Assembly: GCA_965248835.1 (NCBI GenBank)
Contig: CBDFLJ010000001.1
Span: forward strand, 224,001-288,000
Source of the DNA: Alphaproteobacteria bacterium
GTDB lineage: Bacteria; Pseudomonadota; Alphaproteobacteria; MPNO01
Length of the DNA: 64,000 nucleotides
Direction of reading: 5' to 3'
Under the pieces are notes generated by a model, which worked only from the letters and a program-made list of their open reading frames with translations, ran no database searches and was not told the DNA's origin. The first letter of the stretch is position 1, and each line of letters starts with the position of its first letter. The translations under genes were made by a program, and so were the position numbers. Of the stretch, positions 18,828 through 29,366 are shown piece by piece.

Positions 18828-21781
18828 TCAGGGGCTCTCGAGAAAAAATGTTCCAGCACGCTGTGTTCGTCGTAGTCGTCGCGCTGAAACTCGGCAACAA
18901 AGCTGCCATTGCTCATCACAAGCATGCGATGCGTGAGGCCCAATAATTCGGGCAGGTTTGAAGATACAATCAGAATCGCCGCACCCTGGGCGCTGAGATC
19001 GGACAGGTACTGATAGATCGAGAGGCAGGCACCGATATCGACTCCCACCGTCGGCTCGTCCATGACGTATACTGAAATGGAGCTATAGCCGAATCTTGGT
19101 GACGGCTTGGGTCAGGCGGCGGCTTGAGGTTGTTGCCTGACGGCTTCGATTCCGTCGATGAACTTTACGCCGACGATCAGCTTGGGCAACTGGTTGTGTC
19201 CGTCGAGGCGGCGCCAACTGTTCTGTGCCGCCTGGGCGAGTTTGAAGACCATGGCGAGCGCCGTCTTGTTGGAGAGGCATCCCTTGGATCGCACGGTACG
19301 GTGTCGCACGGTGGCGAATGTGCTTTCGATGGGGTTGGTGGTGCGCAGATGCTTCCAATGCTCGGCGGGAAAGTCGTAGAACGCCAGCATCGTCTCGCGA
19401 TCCTTGACCAGGCATGCGGCCGCCTTGTCGTACTTGACGGCGTAGGTCTCGATGAAGGCGTCGAAGGCGCTGTCTGCGTCGTTCCTGGTCTCGGCCATCC
19501 AGATCTCCTGGAGAGCACGCTTTGCCTTCGAGTGCTGGCTCTTGGGCAGCTTGTTGAGCATGTTGGCGGTCTTGTGCACCCAACAGCGCTGGCTGCGGGT
19601 CCGGGGCCACACTTCCTCGATCGCTTCCAGAAGCCGAGCGCGCCGTCGGCGATGGCGAGTTCGGGCGCGACCGCGAGCCCGCGCCGTTTGAGGTCAAGTA
19701 GCAGCTCGCGCCACGATTGGGCGCTCTCGCGCACCCCGTCGACGAGGCCTACGAGTTCCTTCTTACCCTCCGGCGTCGCGCCGATGATGACCAGCAGGCA
19801 TTGCGCATCGTCCTCGAGCCGGGCCTGCACATGGATGCCGTCGGCCCAGAAGTAGACATAGTGCCTGGCCGACAGATCCCGCTTCAGCCAGTGCGCGTGC
19901 TCGTCCGCCCAAACCTCGGTGAGCCGCGCCACGGTCGAGGCCGACAAGCCGCCGGCGTCCGGCCCGAGCAAGGCCGCCAGCGCCTCGGCGAAGTCGCCCG
20001 TGGAGATGCCCTTGAGGTAGAGGACGGGGATCAGGACTTCGAGGCTCTTCGAGCGCCGCGCATAAGGCGGCAGGAGCGCGGAGCTGAACCGGATGCGGTC
20101 GGCGCCCAGGCCCGTGCGGTCGCGAACGCGTGGCGCGCGAACCGCAACCGGGCCGATGCCGGTCATGATCTCGCGTTCGGGCAGGTGGCCGTGGCGCACC
20201 AGCCGTCGGCGGCCTTCTTCGGTGCGCGCCTCGGAGTGGCCATCAAGGAACGCGGCAACCTCCGCCTCGACCGCCCGCGCCAGCAGGGACCGGGCGCCGC
20301 TGCGCAGCACCTCGGTCAACGGATCGGAAAACGTCGATGGCTGGGAAAGCTTCAAAACGTTATTGTCGCTCACGGCGTATCACTCCTTCGTTGGAGAGGT
20401 GGAGGCTCGATCACCCCCACGATACGCCGCCTTAACCCTTCACCCCGTCACCAACTTCTGGCCATAGCTCTACTGAAATGTCCTGTACCATGCTCTTGGC
20501 TAGAAGCACTTTCTGCTGGTTGCCACCCGACAGGTTGGCTACCCGATCGTCCAGCCTGTTGCGGTCGAGCTCCACCCGGCGGGACACCCCGTCGAGCAAT
20601 TCTGTCTCGCGCCCTGGATTGATCCACCGTCCTTTAAGAGGACCGAATCCGTATGAAGACAGCGCGATATTCTCGCGTGTGCTGCGGATCATCGCCAGCC
20701 CGTCACGCCGGCGGTCGGGAGGGCTGTACCACAACCTATTCCGGATCGCGACCGCTGGATGGCTTGCTCGACCGGATCGTCCGTCCACGATGATCCCGCC
20801 GGCCGCCAACCGTCGCAGACCGAAACAGGCTTGAGCCAGCTCGCTCTTGCCGCAACCGACGAGGCCGGCGATCCCCACGATTTCACCGGCGCGGACTTCA
20901 AGGTTCGCGTCACGCACTTGAACATGGCCGGAACGGGCAACCAGGGTGACGTTGTCCAGCTTTAGCCGAACGTCACCCAAGGTCTGACGCGGAACCGAAT
21001 ACATTTTGGACATTTGCCGGCCCGTCATCAGGCGAATCAGTTCGTCCTCGTGGGTGTCGGCACCCACCGTTGCGACCAATTGGCCGTCGCGAAGTACGGA
21101 GACGCGATCGCCGATCATCGGGATCTCGTGAATCCGATGGGTGACGTAGATGATGGAGGCGCCCTGATCCCTGAGCCGGCGCGCCAGATCCAACAGGGCA
21201 CGCGCGTCATGCTCGGAAAGCGACGCCGTCGGCTCGTCGAGGATCAGGAGGCGCGGTGGGCGGCGCAGTGCCTTGCAAATCTCGACCATTTGCTGCTTTC
21301 CGCGGGTCAAGGATACGACCTTGGCGTCCGCGTCGAGATCGAAACCGAGATCCTCGATCAGTTCCCTCGCCTGGGCGCAGGCGGCCGATTTCGACAGGAA
21401 CCCCAACCTCGTCAGGGGTTCCTCGCCCAAAGCGATGTTTTCGGCGACTGTCTGATAGGGGATAAGCGAGAATTCCTGGAACACCGCACGCACGCCATAC
21501 GCGCGCGCTTCGGCCACGGAATGGAATCGCCCTGTTATTCCGTCGATCTCGATTTCGCCGCTGCTGAGCGTGATTGCCCCGGCAAGCAACGAGATCAGGG
21601 TGGACTTGCCCGCGCCGTTTTCTCCAAACAGGACGTGAACTTCTCCAGACAGGAACTCGAGACTCACATTGTCAAGCGCAAGGGTCCTGTCGTAGCGCTT
21701 GGTCAAGCCCCACACCCGAAGCACGAGTTGCCCACCAACAGAAACGGAGGTGCTTGCGACGGATCCCGCCTGCGTCTGCAT
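18824..21781 (-). pseudogene. Sugar-type ABC ATP-binding protein (RbsA-like), interrupted by IS256
   Basis: GENGAGKST, LILDEPT, LSGGNQQKV. Removing the IS restores ...[17 protein letters not shown]..., which continues in 18824..19063. Confidence 0.92.
19080..20470 (-). mobile_element. IS256-family IS with frameshifted transposase
   Basis: TIRs GAGCTATAGCCGAATCTTGGTGACGG / GAGCTATGGCCAGAAGTTGGTGACGG; 10-bp direct repeat TACTGAAATG (19070-79, 20471-80); WADGI, ADGALGFWK, QRCWVHK, RTTNPIES; 1-nt loss near 19625. Confidence 0.93.
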
Positions 21782-21818
21782 GGGCCAACCCTTGCTATCG
21801 GGTGCGGAGAAAACGACC

Positions 21819-22901
21819 TCAGTTGTCCAGGTTGAACACCGGGCGGAACCGGAACGGGGCCATGACGTCGCTCACGTTCATCTCGGAAATATCCCGCGTG
21901 GTATAGACCCGTCCGAGCGTGCTGATGTCGAAGTGCTCTTGCTTGCCCTCGAGGACACGCACGGTTTGATCCACGATGATGCGCGCGGTGAGAACCACCG
22001 GCGCCACCCCCGCGGCTTCCACGTTGTTGGCCTTGACATGCTCGTGAATCCCCGGGGTCATGTAGACGGACACCAGCTTCACCCTATCGTGGATACCCCG
22101 CGCCTTGAGTAGTGGAACGGCGGCCTCGGCCATTACCGCCGTGTCGGCGATGTAGTCGACATCCTTGTGCGTCTGCAATATGTCCTCGACAAGGCGAGCC
22201 TGCACTTCCTTGCCCACATCGCCGTGCTTGGTTTGGACGATAGTCACTGCGCTCCCTTTAATCGCTTCCTTGAACCCATCGTCGAAAGCGATCACGAATC
22301 CGGCGCCAGCGGGGCCAGGCAGCCAGGCTACATTCACCTGCTTGCTGCCGGTGGGATGCTTCTCGGCCAGGTATTTTCCGGCCCGATATCCTTCGGCGCG
22401 CGGGCTTGTGAGAACGCGGGCCGCGACGTCGTCAGAATTTGTTCCGTTCACCACATCAATCACCGGAATCTTCTTCCGCTTCAGCTCGCCGAGCAGGTTG
22501 TTCATGCCGTCCGCGGCGATGGCGACCATGACCACGACTTCGGCGCCCGCGGCGACGCAGTTCTCGATCTGCGAGATCTGGTTGCCCAAAGCGGTATATC
22601 CGCCGGCATCGAGGGTGTGCAGGTCAACACCCAATTTCTTGGCTTCCTCGACCATCCCATAGTTGATCGCCACGAAGAACGGGTCCTTCATGTGGGGCAA
22701 AGAAACGCAGACGTTCCAATCCTTGCTGGCCTTGCTGGACGCGCTGAGAGGCGAGTAGTCAACCTGCGTGGTTTGACCCGCGCGGGTCGTTGCGTTCACC
22801 TTCATCGGGTACCAATCGTCGGCCGCGAGCGCCGAGCCCGCGGCCAACATGCCGAGCAAGCCCAAGCCGACGCATGTCTGAACTGGCATTAGAGTCTTCA
22901 T
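21819..22901 (-). CDS. TorT-like periplasmic binding protein of the ABC transporter
   Basis: Signal peptide; W.VCV..PH.KD.FF...NYGM.EEA..LGV.L..LDAGGY..L..Q..QIENC resembles TorT (PBP1 fold). Confidence 0.75.
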   Translation of the reverse strand: MKTLMPVQTCVGLGLLGMLAAGSALAADDWYPMKVNATTRAGQTTQVDYSPLSASSKASKDWNVCVSLPHMKDPFFVAINYGMVEEAKKLGVDLHTLDAGGYTALGNQISQIENCVAAGAEVVVMVAIAADGMNNLLGELKRKKIPVIDVVNGTNSDDVAARVLTSPRAEGYRAGKYLAEKHPTGSKQVNVAWLPGPAGAGFVIAFDDGFKEAIKGSAVTIVQTKHGDVGKEVQARLVEDILQTHKDVDYIADTAVMAEAAVPLLKARGIHDRVKLVSVYMTPGIHEHVKANNVEAAGVAPVVLTARIIVDQTVRVLEGKQEHFDISTLGRVYTTRDISEMNVSDVMAPFRFRPVFNLDN

Positions 22902-23385
22902 CTGGAAGTCTCCCTGGTTTGGTCGTACGCACGATAAGGCTCCTCCGGGGACACCATGAGGTCAAATAACAATACACGGTGTTTATTATAAATATATGGT
23001 AATGTTCGGGTCTCTCCGGTAATAGCGGTTCATCGCGTGGACACCTGTTGTTGCTCGCCAATATACGGCCTTCCATCCCCGATCTCCGGCGCCCGGGGAG
23101 CTTCCATCTGGGAGACAAGACTACCTGCGCAGCCTCGGGGTCGCGGCGTGGCCGGTCACGACCCGGGAGGAAACGAGCCGGACGAACGGGAGGTGCCCTG
23201 AACGGAGGCGGCGCTTCGTGGGACGCAAGGGCGCCACGACGATCGATTGCCGACAAAACCGCGCCGATCGCCAGGTCCGTTACAAGCCCGCGATATGGCG
23301 TCACCTCGCCCGGGACCGTTTCAGTCAGGGACAATGACCCATCGGGCGCCGGCGTCGGCCCGTTCGGCCCGGGCGAACCAAACGA

Positions 23386-23817
23386 TCAGTCCTTGGCGAG
23401 GAACTCGCCGATTGTCTCGTCCGTGTGAAATTCAGGCCGCTCGTAGTAGTGAGGGCCGTCATAGATCTCGATCAGGACGCTGCGTTCGTGAGCGACAGTC
23501 GGACCGTGGGGATGGTCCTTCGGATTCATGTAGAACGAGCCGGGCTTGAGACGAAAACCGACGTCGGTGTACTCGTAGTCGCCTTCCAGACAGTACATGA
23601 ACTGGTTGGACGCATGGGTGTGCTTGACCGGTATGTGCCCGCCCTTGTCGAACTCTATCAGGGCAAAGCTGGCTCCGGTCTCCGGGTTCTTCCAAAGGAA
23701 GTACTGCCGCAGCCCGTAATCGGGAAAGTCGAGCCACTTTTCCGGATCCAGGCTGTCCCGGTGAACCAGCAGCTCAAGAGTGCTGCTCAAGGTTTCTTTG
23801 GGATCCATGTTCGTCAT
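23386..23817 (-). CDS. Cupin-domain protein (ChrR/dioxygenase-like)
   Basis: P.KHTH....MYCLEG and PGSFYMNP..HPHGP cupin metal motifs; GGAG RBS. Confidence 0.75.
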   Translation of the reverse strand: MTNMDPKETLSSTLELLVHRDSLDPEKWLDFPDYGLRQYFLWKNPETGASFALIEFDKGGHIPVKHTHASNQFMYCLEGDYEYTDVGFRLKPGSFYMNPKDHPHGPTVAHERSVLIEIYDGPHYYERPEFHTDETIGEFLAKD

Positions 23818-23820
23818 CTC

Positions 23821-24573
23821 CTAGTCCTCCAATTTGGGACGGCCGTCGGCCAACCATTCCCTGAATTCCTTGCGGCTCTCCGCCGTCGCCGGGAACAGAC
23901 CGAAAAGGGAACGGCCGCGCTTCAAGTGAGCGCTGACGAACGCCTCGTAGTCGACCTCCTCGACGACTTCGGCAGCGACCTCATCGGCCAGGTGCCGGGG
24001 GATGGCAACCACCCCCTCACCGTTGCCCACGATGACGTCGCCCGGATACACGGCGACCCCGGCGCAGCCGACGGGAGTATTGAACTCGACCGGATGCAAT
24101 GCGATCGGCGTGGGCGGCCCCGAGCCTTGTCGCTGAAAACACGGCAACCCGGTATCGCGTATCCCGGGGGTGTCGCGAAACCCGCCGTCGGTAATCACTC
24201 CCGAGACCCCTCGCGCCCTCAGGCGAAGCGCCATCATGTCCCCCATGGCCGAGGCTCGGGCGTCTCCGCCGGTCGCCATCACCAGCACGGCGCCCGCGGG
24301 ACACTCTTCTATGGCGCGCCGGTGGAGATTGTCGTCGCGCGCATAGAGGTTCATTGAATCGATATCTTCCCGCGCCGGTATGAAGCGCAGCGTGAAAGCC
24401 GGCCCGACCATCGGCTCCTGGTCGGTCGACAGCGGAGATATGCCATGGAGAAACGTGTTGCGGAGTCCGCGCCTGAGCAAGGCGTTACTCATGTTGGCGG
24501 CACCGCATCGCATCAGATGGACCCGCGTGAGCTCGCCGATGGGTTCCACTAACGCCGTCGCATCTGTCGTCAA
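23821..24573 (-). CDS. RraA-like/HMG-aldolase family protein
   Basis: VGPAFTLRFIPARED, GDMMALRL..RGV.G.ITDGGFRD, GVAVYPGD; TTG start with AAGGAG RBS. Confidence 0.82.
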   Translation of the reverse strand: MTTDATALVEPIGELTRVHLMRCGAANMSNALLRRGLRNTFLHGISPLSTDQEPMVGPAFTLRFIPAREDIDSMNLYARDDNLHRRAIEECPAGAVLVMATGGDARASAMGDMMALRLRARGVSGVITDGGFRDTPGIRDTGLPCFQRQGSGPPTPIALHPVEFNTPVGCAGVAVYPGDVIVGNGEGVVAIPRHLADEVAAEVVEEVDYEAFVSAHLKRGRSLFGLFPATAESRKEFREWLADGRPKLED

Positions 24574-24742
24574 ACCGTGTCTCCTTCCTTCAGGACAGGG
24601 GCAGAAAGCACGCCGATGCATTCAAACGCGACCGCGAACCGCGGGATCCGGACTCGATCGCCCGGTCGCGCGTCGGTGCAATTCGCGGGCAAGCTCCCCT
24701 TCCATCCAATCCCTCTGACTCGTGGCCGCCGGGCCAAGGCTT

Positions 24743-27217
24743 TCACGGTGGCACCTGTTCTTCCCCGGCATCGGCTATTGCCTTCCATACGGCGAACGAT
24801 GTGATCGGCGGATCGATGTCGCGAACGCCGAGCGGGCGCAGGGCGTCGACGACCGCCGCCACGATCGCCGGCGGCAGCCCGACCGTTCCCGTCTCGGCAC
24901 CGCCCTTCACGCCGAGCGGGTTTGTCTCGGTCGGGACCGGTCGCGAGGCCAGGCGAAAGTCGGGAAAATCGGCAGCCACGGGCATCGCATAGTCCATGAA
25001 GGAACCCGTCAGGAGCTGTCCCTCCCCATCGAAGAGGACGCCTTCCTTGAGCACCTGGCCCGCGGCCTGCGCGATCCCACCGTGGATCTGCCCCTCGAGC
25101 ACGAGGGGATTGATCACCACGCCGACATCGTCAACGGCGGATACTGCGACGAGTTCGACCTGCCCGGTCTCCGGGTCGACTTCCACTTCCGCGAGGTAGC
25201 AGCCGTTGGGATAGTTCTGCGGATCGGCGGAAAAATATCCGCGGCCCTCGAGGCCGGATCGTAGCTCCGGCGGCAAGGGCTTGGGAGAGGCCCAGGCGAA
25301 TGTGGCCCTTGCGACGGCGTCGAGGGTGATCCGCCGATCGCCCGGCGCTGTGGAATAAGTGCCGTCGGCGAAGTGCAATTCGCCGATATCCGCATCCAGT
25401 AGAATGGCGGCCGCCGCTTGGCCGCGCTCGACAACCTGCTCACAGGCCTGTTTGAGGGCGGAGCCGCCGACGGTCATGCTGCGCGAACCGAAGCTCCCGC
25501 GGCCGGTGGCGATCTTGTCGGTGTCGCCCTGGACGACCCGAATGCGATCCAGCGCTATGCCCAGCCACTCGTTGACCATTTGCGGAAAGCTGGTTTCGTG
25601 GCCCTGTCCGTAGGAAAAGGTGCCGGCCAAGATGCTGAGCCCGCCGGTCGGATCGAAGCGGATCTCCATGCGCTCGCTGATGGTGGCGCAGACCTCGATA
25701 TACACCGACGCACCGCGACCGCGGAGCCTGCCGCGCTCCAGGCTCCTTTTTCGCCGCATCTCGAAGCCGTTCCAGTCAGCCCGATCGAGAGCATGATCGA
25801 GGACAGCCTCGAACTCGCCGCAGTCATAAGTCTCGCCGATAGCCGTTCGGTAGGGCATTCGCTCCGGCCCGATGAGATTGCGGCGGCGAATTTCGATGGG
25901 ATCGAGGCCGAGTTCCGCAGCGGCAAGATCCATCATCCGCTCTAGGATCATCGTCGCCTCCGGGCGTCCGGCCCCCCGATAGGTGGTCAGCGTGCAGCTG
26001 TTGGTGAAGATGCCGTTCACGGTCACGTGCATCGCCGGGAACGCGTAAACCCCGGAGAGCATGCGCGTGCCCACCAGCGGCGGATGCGCGGTGGATGGGC
26101 CGAGCTGGCACCCGAGGTTGTGATGGACCGCCACGCGGATGCCGAGGACGTCGCCCTCGGTGGTGAGGGCGAATTCAGCGTCCGCAATCTGGTCGCGACC
26201 GTTGAAGTCGGACAGGAACGCTTCGCTCCGGTCGCTCACCCACTTGACCGGCCGTCCGACGCGTTGTGCCGCCCACAGGACGAGGATCTCCTCCGGATAA
26301 AGGCCTCCCTTGGTGCCGAAGCCGCCTCCGACATCGCCGGCGACGACGTGCAGCCGGAACGCCGGCACGCGGAAGATGTGCTGCGCCAACAACAGGCGTA
26401 TGCGGTGCGGATTGGCGCTGGAGGTCGTCAGGTGCCAACGCTCCTGCCCGACATGATAGTCGCCGATGCAGGTCCTCGGCTCCAGCGGATTGCCGGCGAC
26501 CCGCTGGCTCCGAATCCGGGCCCGCGTCACATGATCGGCCCTGGCGAACACCTCCGCGGTCAGGTCCGCATCGCCCATCTCGTGCACGAAACAGCGATTG
26601 CCCGCGGCGCCGGGCCAGACGAGAGGCGCGTCAGGCGCGATTGCGGATTCGACCGTCGGGGCGACATCGAGCGGTTCGTAGTCGACGACGATCCGCTCCG
26701 CGGCTTCCGCGGCCGAGGCATGGGTTTCGGCGATGACGAAAGCGACGCCAGCGCCGATGGCAAGGACCCGATCCACGGCAAGCGGCGGAAAAGGCGTGGG
26801 GTGATAGGCTCCGCCCGTTATAGTGGGCGGGATGCTCACGCAGGGAATATTGCCCAGACCTTCGGCCGCGTAGTCCTCCCCTGTCAGCACGGCGATGACG
26901 CCGGACACCTCCAGGGCGCCGGCGACGTCGATACTCCGAATCCTCGCGTGCGAAAACGGCGACCGGAGCACGTAGCCCCGGACCTGGTCGTGCTCGCGAA
27001 CGTCGTCGGCATAGCACCCGTGTCCGGTCAGCAGTCTCCTGTCCTCCAGCCTCGGAATCGCCGCGCCGATACCCTGATGGTTGGGCCGGTCGGGGATGGC
27101 GCTGCCTCCGCGCGTCGCTCCGGTATCAGCGCAGGCTGCCGTCGTCCCATCCGGCGCGCCGGCGGATGTGGCGATCAGGACGGCTTTCCCAGACATAGGC
27201 TTTCTCTCGAGGGTCAT
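24743..27217 (-). CDS. Xanthine dehydrogenase family Mo-cofactor large subunit (CoxL form II-like)
   Basis: IPRLEDRRLLTG.G.Y.DD, DVGGGFGTK, TYRGAGRPE, GQGHET, INP..LEGQIHGG, NPLGVKG. Confidence 0.92.
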   Translation of the reverse strand: MTLERKPMSGKAVLIATSAGAPDGTTAACADTGATRGGSAIPDRPNHQGIGAAIPRLEDRRLLTGHGCYADDVREHDQVRGYVLRSPFSHARIRSIDVAGALEVSGVIAVLTGEDYAAEGLGNIPCVSIPPTITGGAYHPTPFPPLAVDRVLAIGAGVAFVIAETHASAAEAAERIVVDYEPLDVAPTVESAIAPDAPLVWPGAAGNRCFVHEMGDADLTAEVFARADHVTRARIRSQRVAGNPLEPRTCIGDYHVGQERWHLTTSSANPHRIRLLLAQHIFRVPAFRLHVVAGDVGGGFGTKGGLYPEEILVLWAAQRVGRPVKWVSDRSEAFLSDFNGRDQIADAEFALTTEGDVLGIRVAVHHNLGCQLGPSTAHPPLVGTRMLSGVYAFPAMHVTVNGIFTNSCTLTTYRGAGRPEATMILERMMDLAAAELGLDPIEIRRRNLIGPERMPYRTAIGETYDCGEFEAVLDHALDRADWNGFEMRRKRSLERGRLRGRGASVYIEVCATISERMEIRFDPTGGLSILAGTFSYGQGHETSFPQMVNEWLGIALDRIRVVQGDTDKIATGRGSFGSRSMTVGGSALKQACEQVVERGQAAAAILLDADIGELHFADGTYSTAPGDRRITLDAVARATFAWASPKPLPPELRSGLEGRGYFSADPQNYPNGCYLAEVEVDPETGQVELVAVSAVDDVGVVINPLVLEGQIHGGIAQAAGQVLKEGVLFDGEGQLLTGSFMDYAMPVAADFPDFRLASRPVPTETNPLGVKGGAETGTVGLPPAIVAAVVDALRPLGVRDIDPPITSFAVWKAIADAGEEQVPP

Positions 27218-27390
27218 GAAATTCGACCGGTAATCCGAAGGACCGCGGTGTCATCGACGAAGGCAATGCGCAAGAAAAATCCGTTTGGTTTGGCTATGGG
27301 CGCTCCCGTCCGGCGCCGCATCGCCGCGGCGTCGGCCGAACAGCCGCCCGGCCGGAGCCGTTGTGGACACCTTTCGCCGCGGCATCGAGA

Positions 27391-28926
27391 TTACGGCCGC
27401 TTCGGTTTGAGGATGCACACATCGTCGGGATTCACGAGGTCGGGCACGGTCCAGCCATCGAGGTCGTATTCATCCATCGCGGACTGGGCGAAGGCCTTGA
27501 ACTTGTCGACATTTCCGGTTCCCTGTGCCGCCCAGAGATTGGTCAGACGGGTGATGTCGTTGCTGCCGATGTAGTTGATCTCGTAGAGTTCGTGCCGGGA
27601 TCCGAACTCGGTTCCGATCGAATCCCAAAGCATTTTCATCACCTTGACCCGCTCGATCGCGTCGGTCCCTCCCGAGCCGCGAAGGTAGCGGTCGAGGTAG
27701 CCGCGAATTTCCGGCGCCTTGAAATCGGCGGTGTGCGAGTTGAGGTAGATGAGACCGCTGGCCACGATCTGCTCGATGATATTCTTGATCTTCGGCATCG
27801 CCTCCTGGCTGAGCACACGGTATGCGCCGGCGAAGTGCGCGTCGGGACGAATCATGTCGTTCCAGGGCTCAGCGCTCTTGGCCATCGCATCGGAGAGTGC
27901 CCAGAACGCGTTGCGCCAAGCGATCACTTCGCCCAGCTGCGCCTGGACGCCGTGGAATTTTTGGGCACCGGTGATCTCCAGCGCCCGGACCAGAAGGCCG
28001 CAGATGAAGTCCAGCTTGACCGCGAGCCGCGTACATCCGTGCAGCGAAGCACGTTCGAGGAAACCCGATCCCACGTTGAACTTGTTGGCCTGTTCGAGGT
28101 CGCCGTGAATGAAGACGTCTTCCCACGGAACGAACACGTTATCGAGCACGAGGATCGCGTCATTCTCGTCGAGCCGGGACGATAGCGGGTAGTCGAACGG
28201 ACTGCCGAGCGCCGCGGCTCGGTACTCGTTGGAAATTCGGCAAAGAAGTTTTACGCCCGGCGCACCGGTGGGAACCATGAAAACGGGCGCGAACCTGGGA
28301 TCCGCGATCGGCACCTGGGCGATATGCGCGACGAACGTGAAGTGGGTGAGCGCGGAGTTCGTCGCCACCACTTTCGCGCCGCTGACATAGATCCCGGCAT
28401 CGTCCTCCTTTTCCACCCGCACATAGACGTCCGATCCGTCGGCCGTGGGCAGGTCGCGGTCAACGGGAGGGTGCATTATGGCGTGGTTGACGTACCAGGT
28501 TCGCTCCTGCGCCTTGCGGTACCATCTCGTCGCGTTTTCCTCGTAGCCGCGATAGAAGCCCGCGTTCGCGCCCGGGGTGCCGAGAAACGAACCCTTGTAG
28601 TCGGGGGAACGCCCCATCCAGCCCCAGGTGTCGCGTTGCCACTCGGCGATCGCATCGCGCTGCGCGACCTGTTCCTCCACCGTGTTGGGAGCGCGGTAGA
28701 ACCGGTGGGTGAACCCGCCCCACTCGGTCGGTTCGGTGAGGATCTGCTTCCGCTCCGGATCGTGCAGCGCATCGTAGAGGCGTGCGATCATGCGCGCAGT
28801 ATTGCGGAACGCCGGATGCTCGGTAATGTTTTCGACGCGCTCGCCGTAGATCCAGACCTCCCGGCCGTCGTCGAGGCTGTCGAGGTATTCCTTCCCCGTG
28901 AAGGGCTCCACCGCGTTGTCAGGCAT
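27391..28926 (-). CDS. HpaB-family two-component flavin monooxygenase, oxygenase component
   Basis: TG.EYL.SL.DGREVWIYGE.V, MGRSPDYK, VSGAKVVAT, YPLSSRLDEND, FG.RHELYE. Confidence 0.92.
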   Translation of the reverse strand: MPDNAVEPFTGKEYLDSLDDGREVWIYGERVENITEHPAFRNTARMIARLYDALHDPERKQILTEPTEWGGFTHRFYRAPNTVEEQVAQRDAIAEWQRDTWGWMGRSPDYKGSFLGTPGANAGFYRGYEENATRWYRKAQERTWYVNHAIMHPPVDRDLPTADGSDVYVRVEKEDDAGIYVSGAKVVATNSALTHFTFVAHIAQVPIADPRFAPVFMVPTGAPGVKLLCRISNEYRAAALGSPFDYPLSSRLDENDAILVLDNVFVPWEDVFIHGDLEQANKFNVGSGFLERASLHGCTRLAVKLDFICGLLVRALEITGAQKFHGVQAQLGEVIAWRNAFWALSDAMAKSAEPWNDMIRPDAHFAGAYRVLSQEAMPKIKNIIEQIVASGLIYLNSHTADFKAPEIRGYLDRYLRGSGGTDAIERVKVMKMLWDSIGTEFGSRHELYEINYIGSNDITRLTNLWAAQGTGNVDKFKAFAQSAMDEYDLDGWTVPDLVNPDDVCILKPKRP

Positions 28927-29329
28927 CGCCGCACCCGGCCACCGCCTGGCAGGTGATTTCGACGAGGATATCGGGATCGGCCAAACCCGAGACCTCTACC
29001 AGGGTAGAGCACGGAAAGTCGCCGGTGAAGAACTCCCGGCGCGCACGCCAGACTTCCCTGTTCTCGGCAATGTCGGTGACGTAAATCGTCATGTTGACGA
29101 CGTCTCCCATCGCGCCTCTCGCCTCTTCGAGACAGTTCTTCACCTTGGTGAAGATGATCTTCGCCTGTTCGTAGGCGCTGCCCTTCCCGCCTATCGTCTT
29201 GAGGTCCGCGTCTCTCGCCGTGAAGCCCGAAAGCCAGATCTGGTCTCCGACGCGCAGACAGTTGGACCAATGCCCGGGCGGATATTCCGCGACCTTTGGG
29301 GATACAAACCGTTGTCTCTTTTGCGCCAT
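28919..29329 (-). CDS. RidA/YjgF-family protein
   Basis: LSG..A, conserved Arg (WRARREFF), FPCSTLVEVSGL..P..LVEI. Confidence 0.88.
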   Translation of the reverse strand: MAQKRQRFVSPKVAEYPPGHWSNCLRVGDQIWLSGFTARDADLKTIGGKGSAYEQAKIIFTKVKNCLEEARGAMGDVVNMTIYVTDIAENREVWRARREFFTGDFPCSTLVEVSGLADPDILVEITCQAVAGCGDA

Positions 29330-29366
29330 CGCCTGGACCTCGCTCCTTGTTCGGCTCCGCGGCTAG

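Noticed and set aside
22759-23549. Several ORFs between the TorT-like and cupin genes
   Set aside because: No motifs, overlapping each other and crossing the AT-rich promoter region.
24743-27217. Aerobic CO dehydrogenase call
   Set aside because: Lacks the form I AYxCSFR motif and the coxMS/accessory genes.
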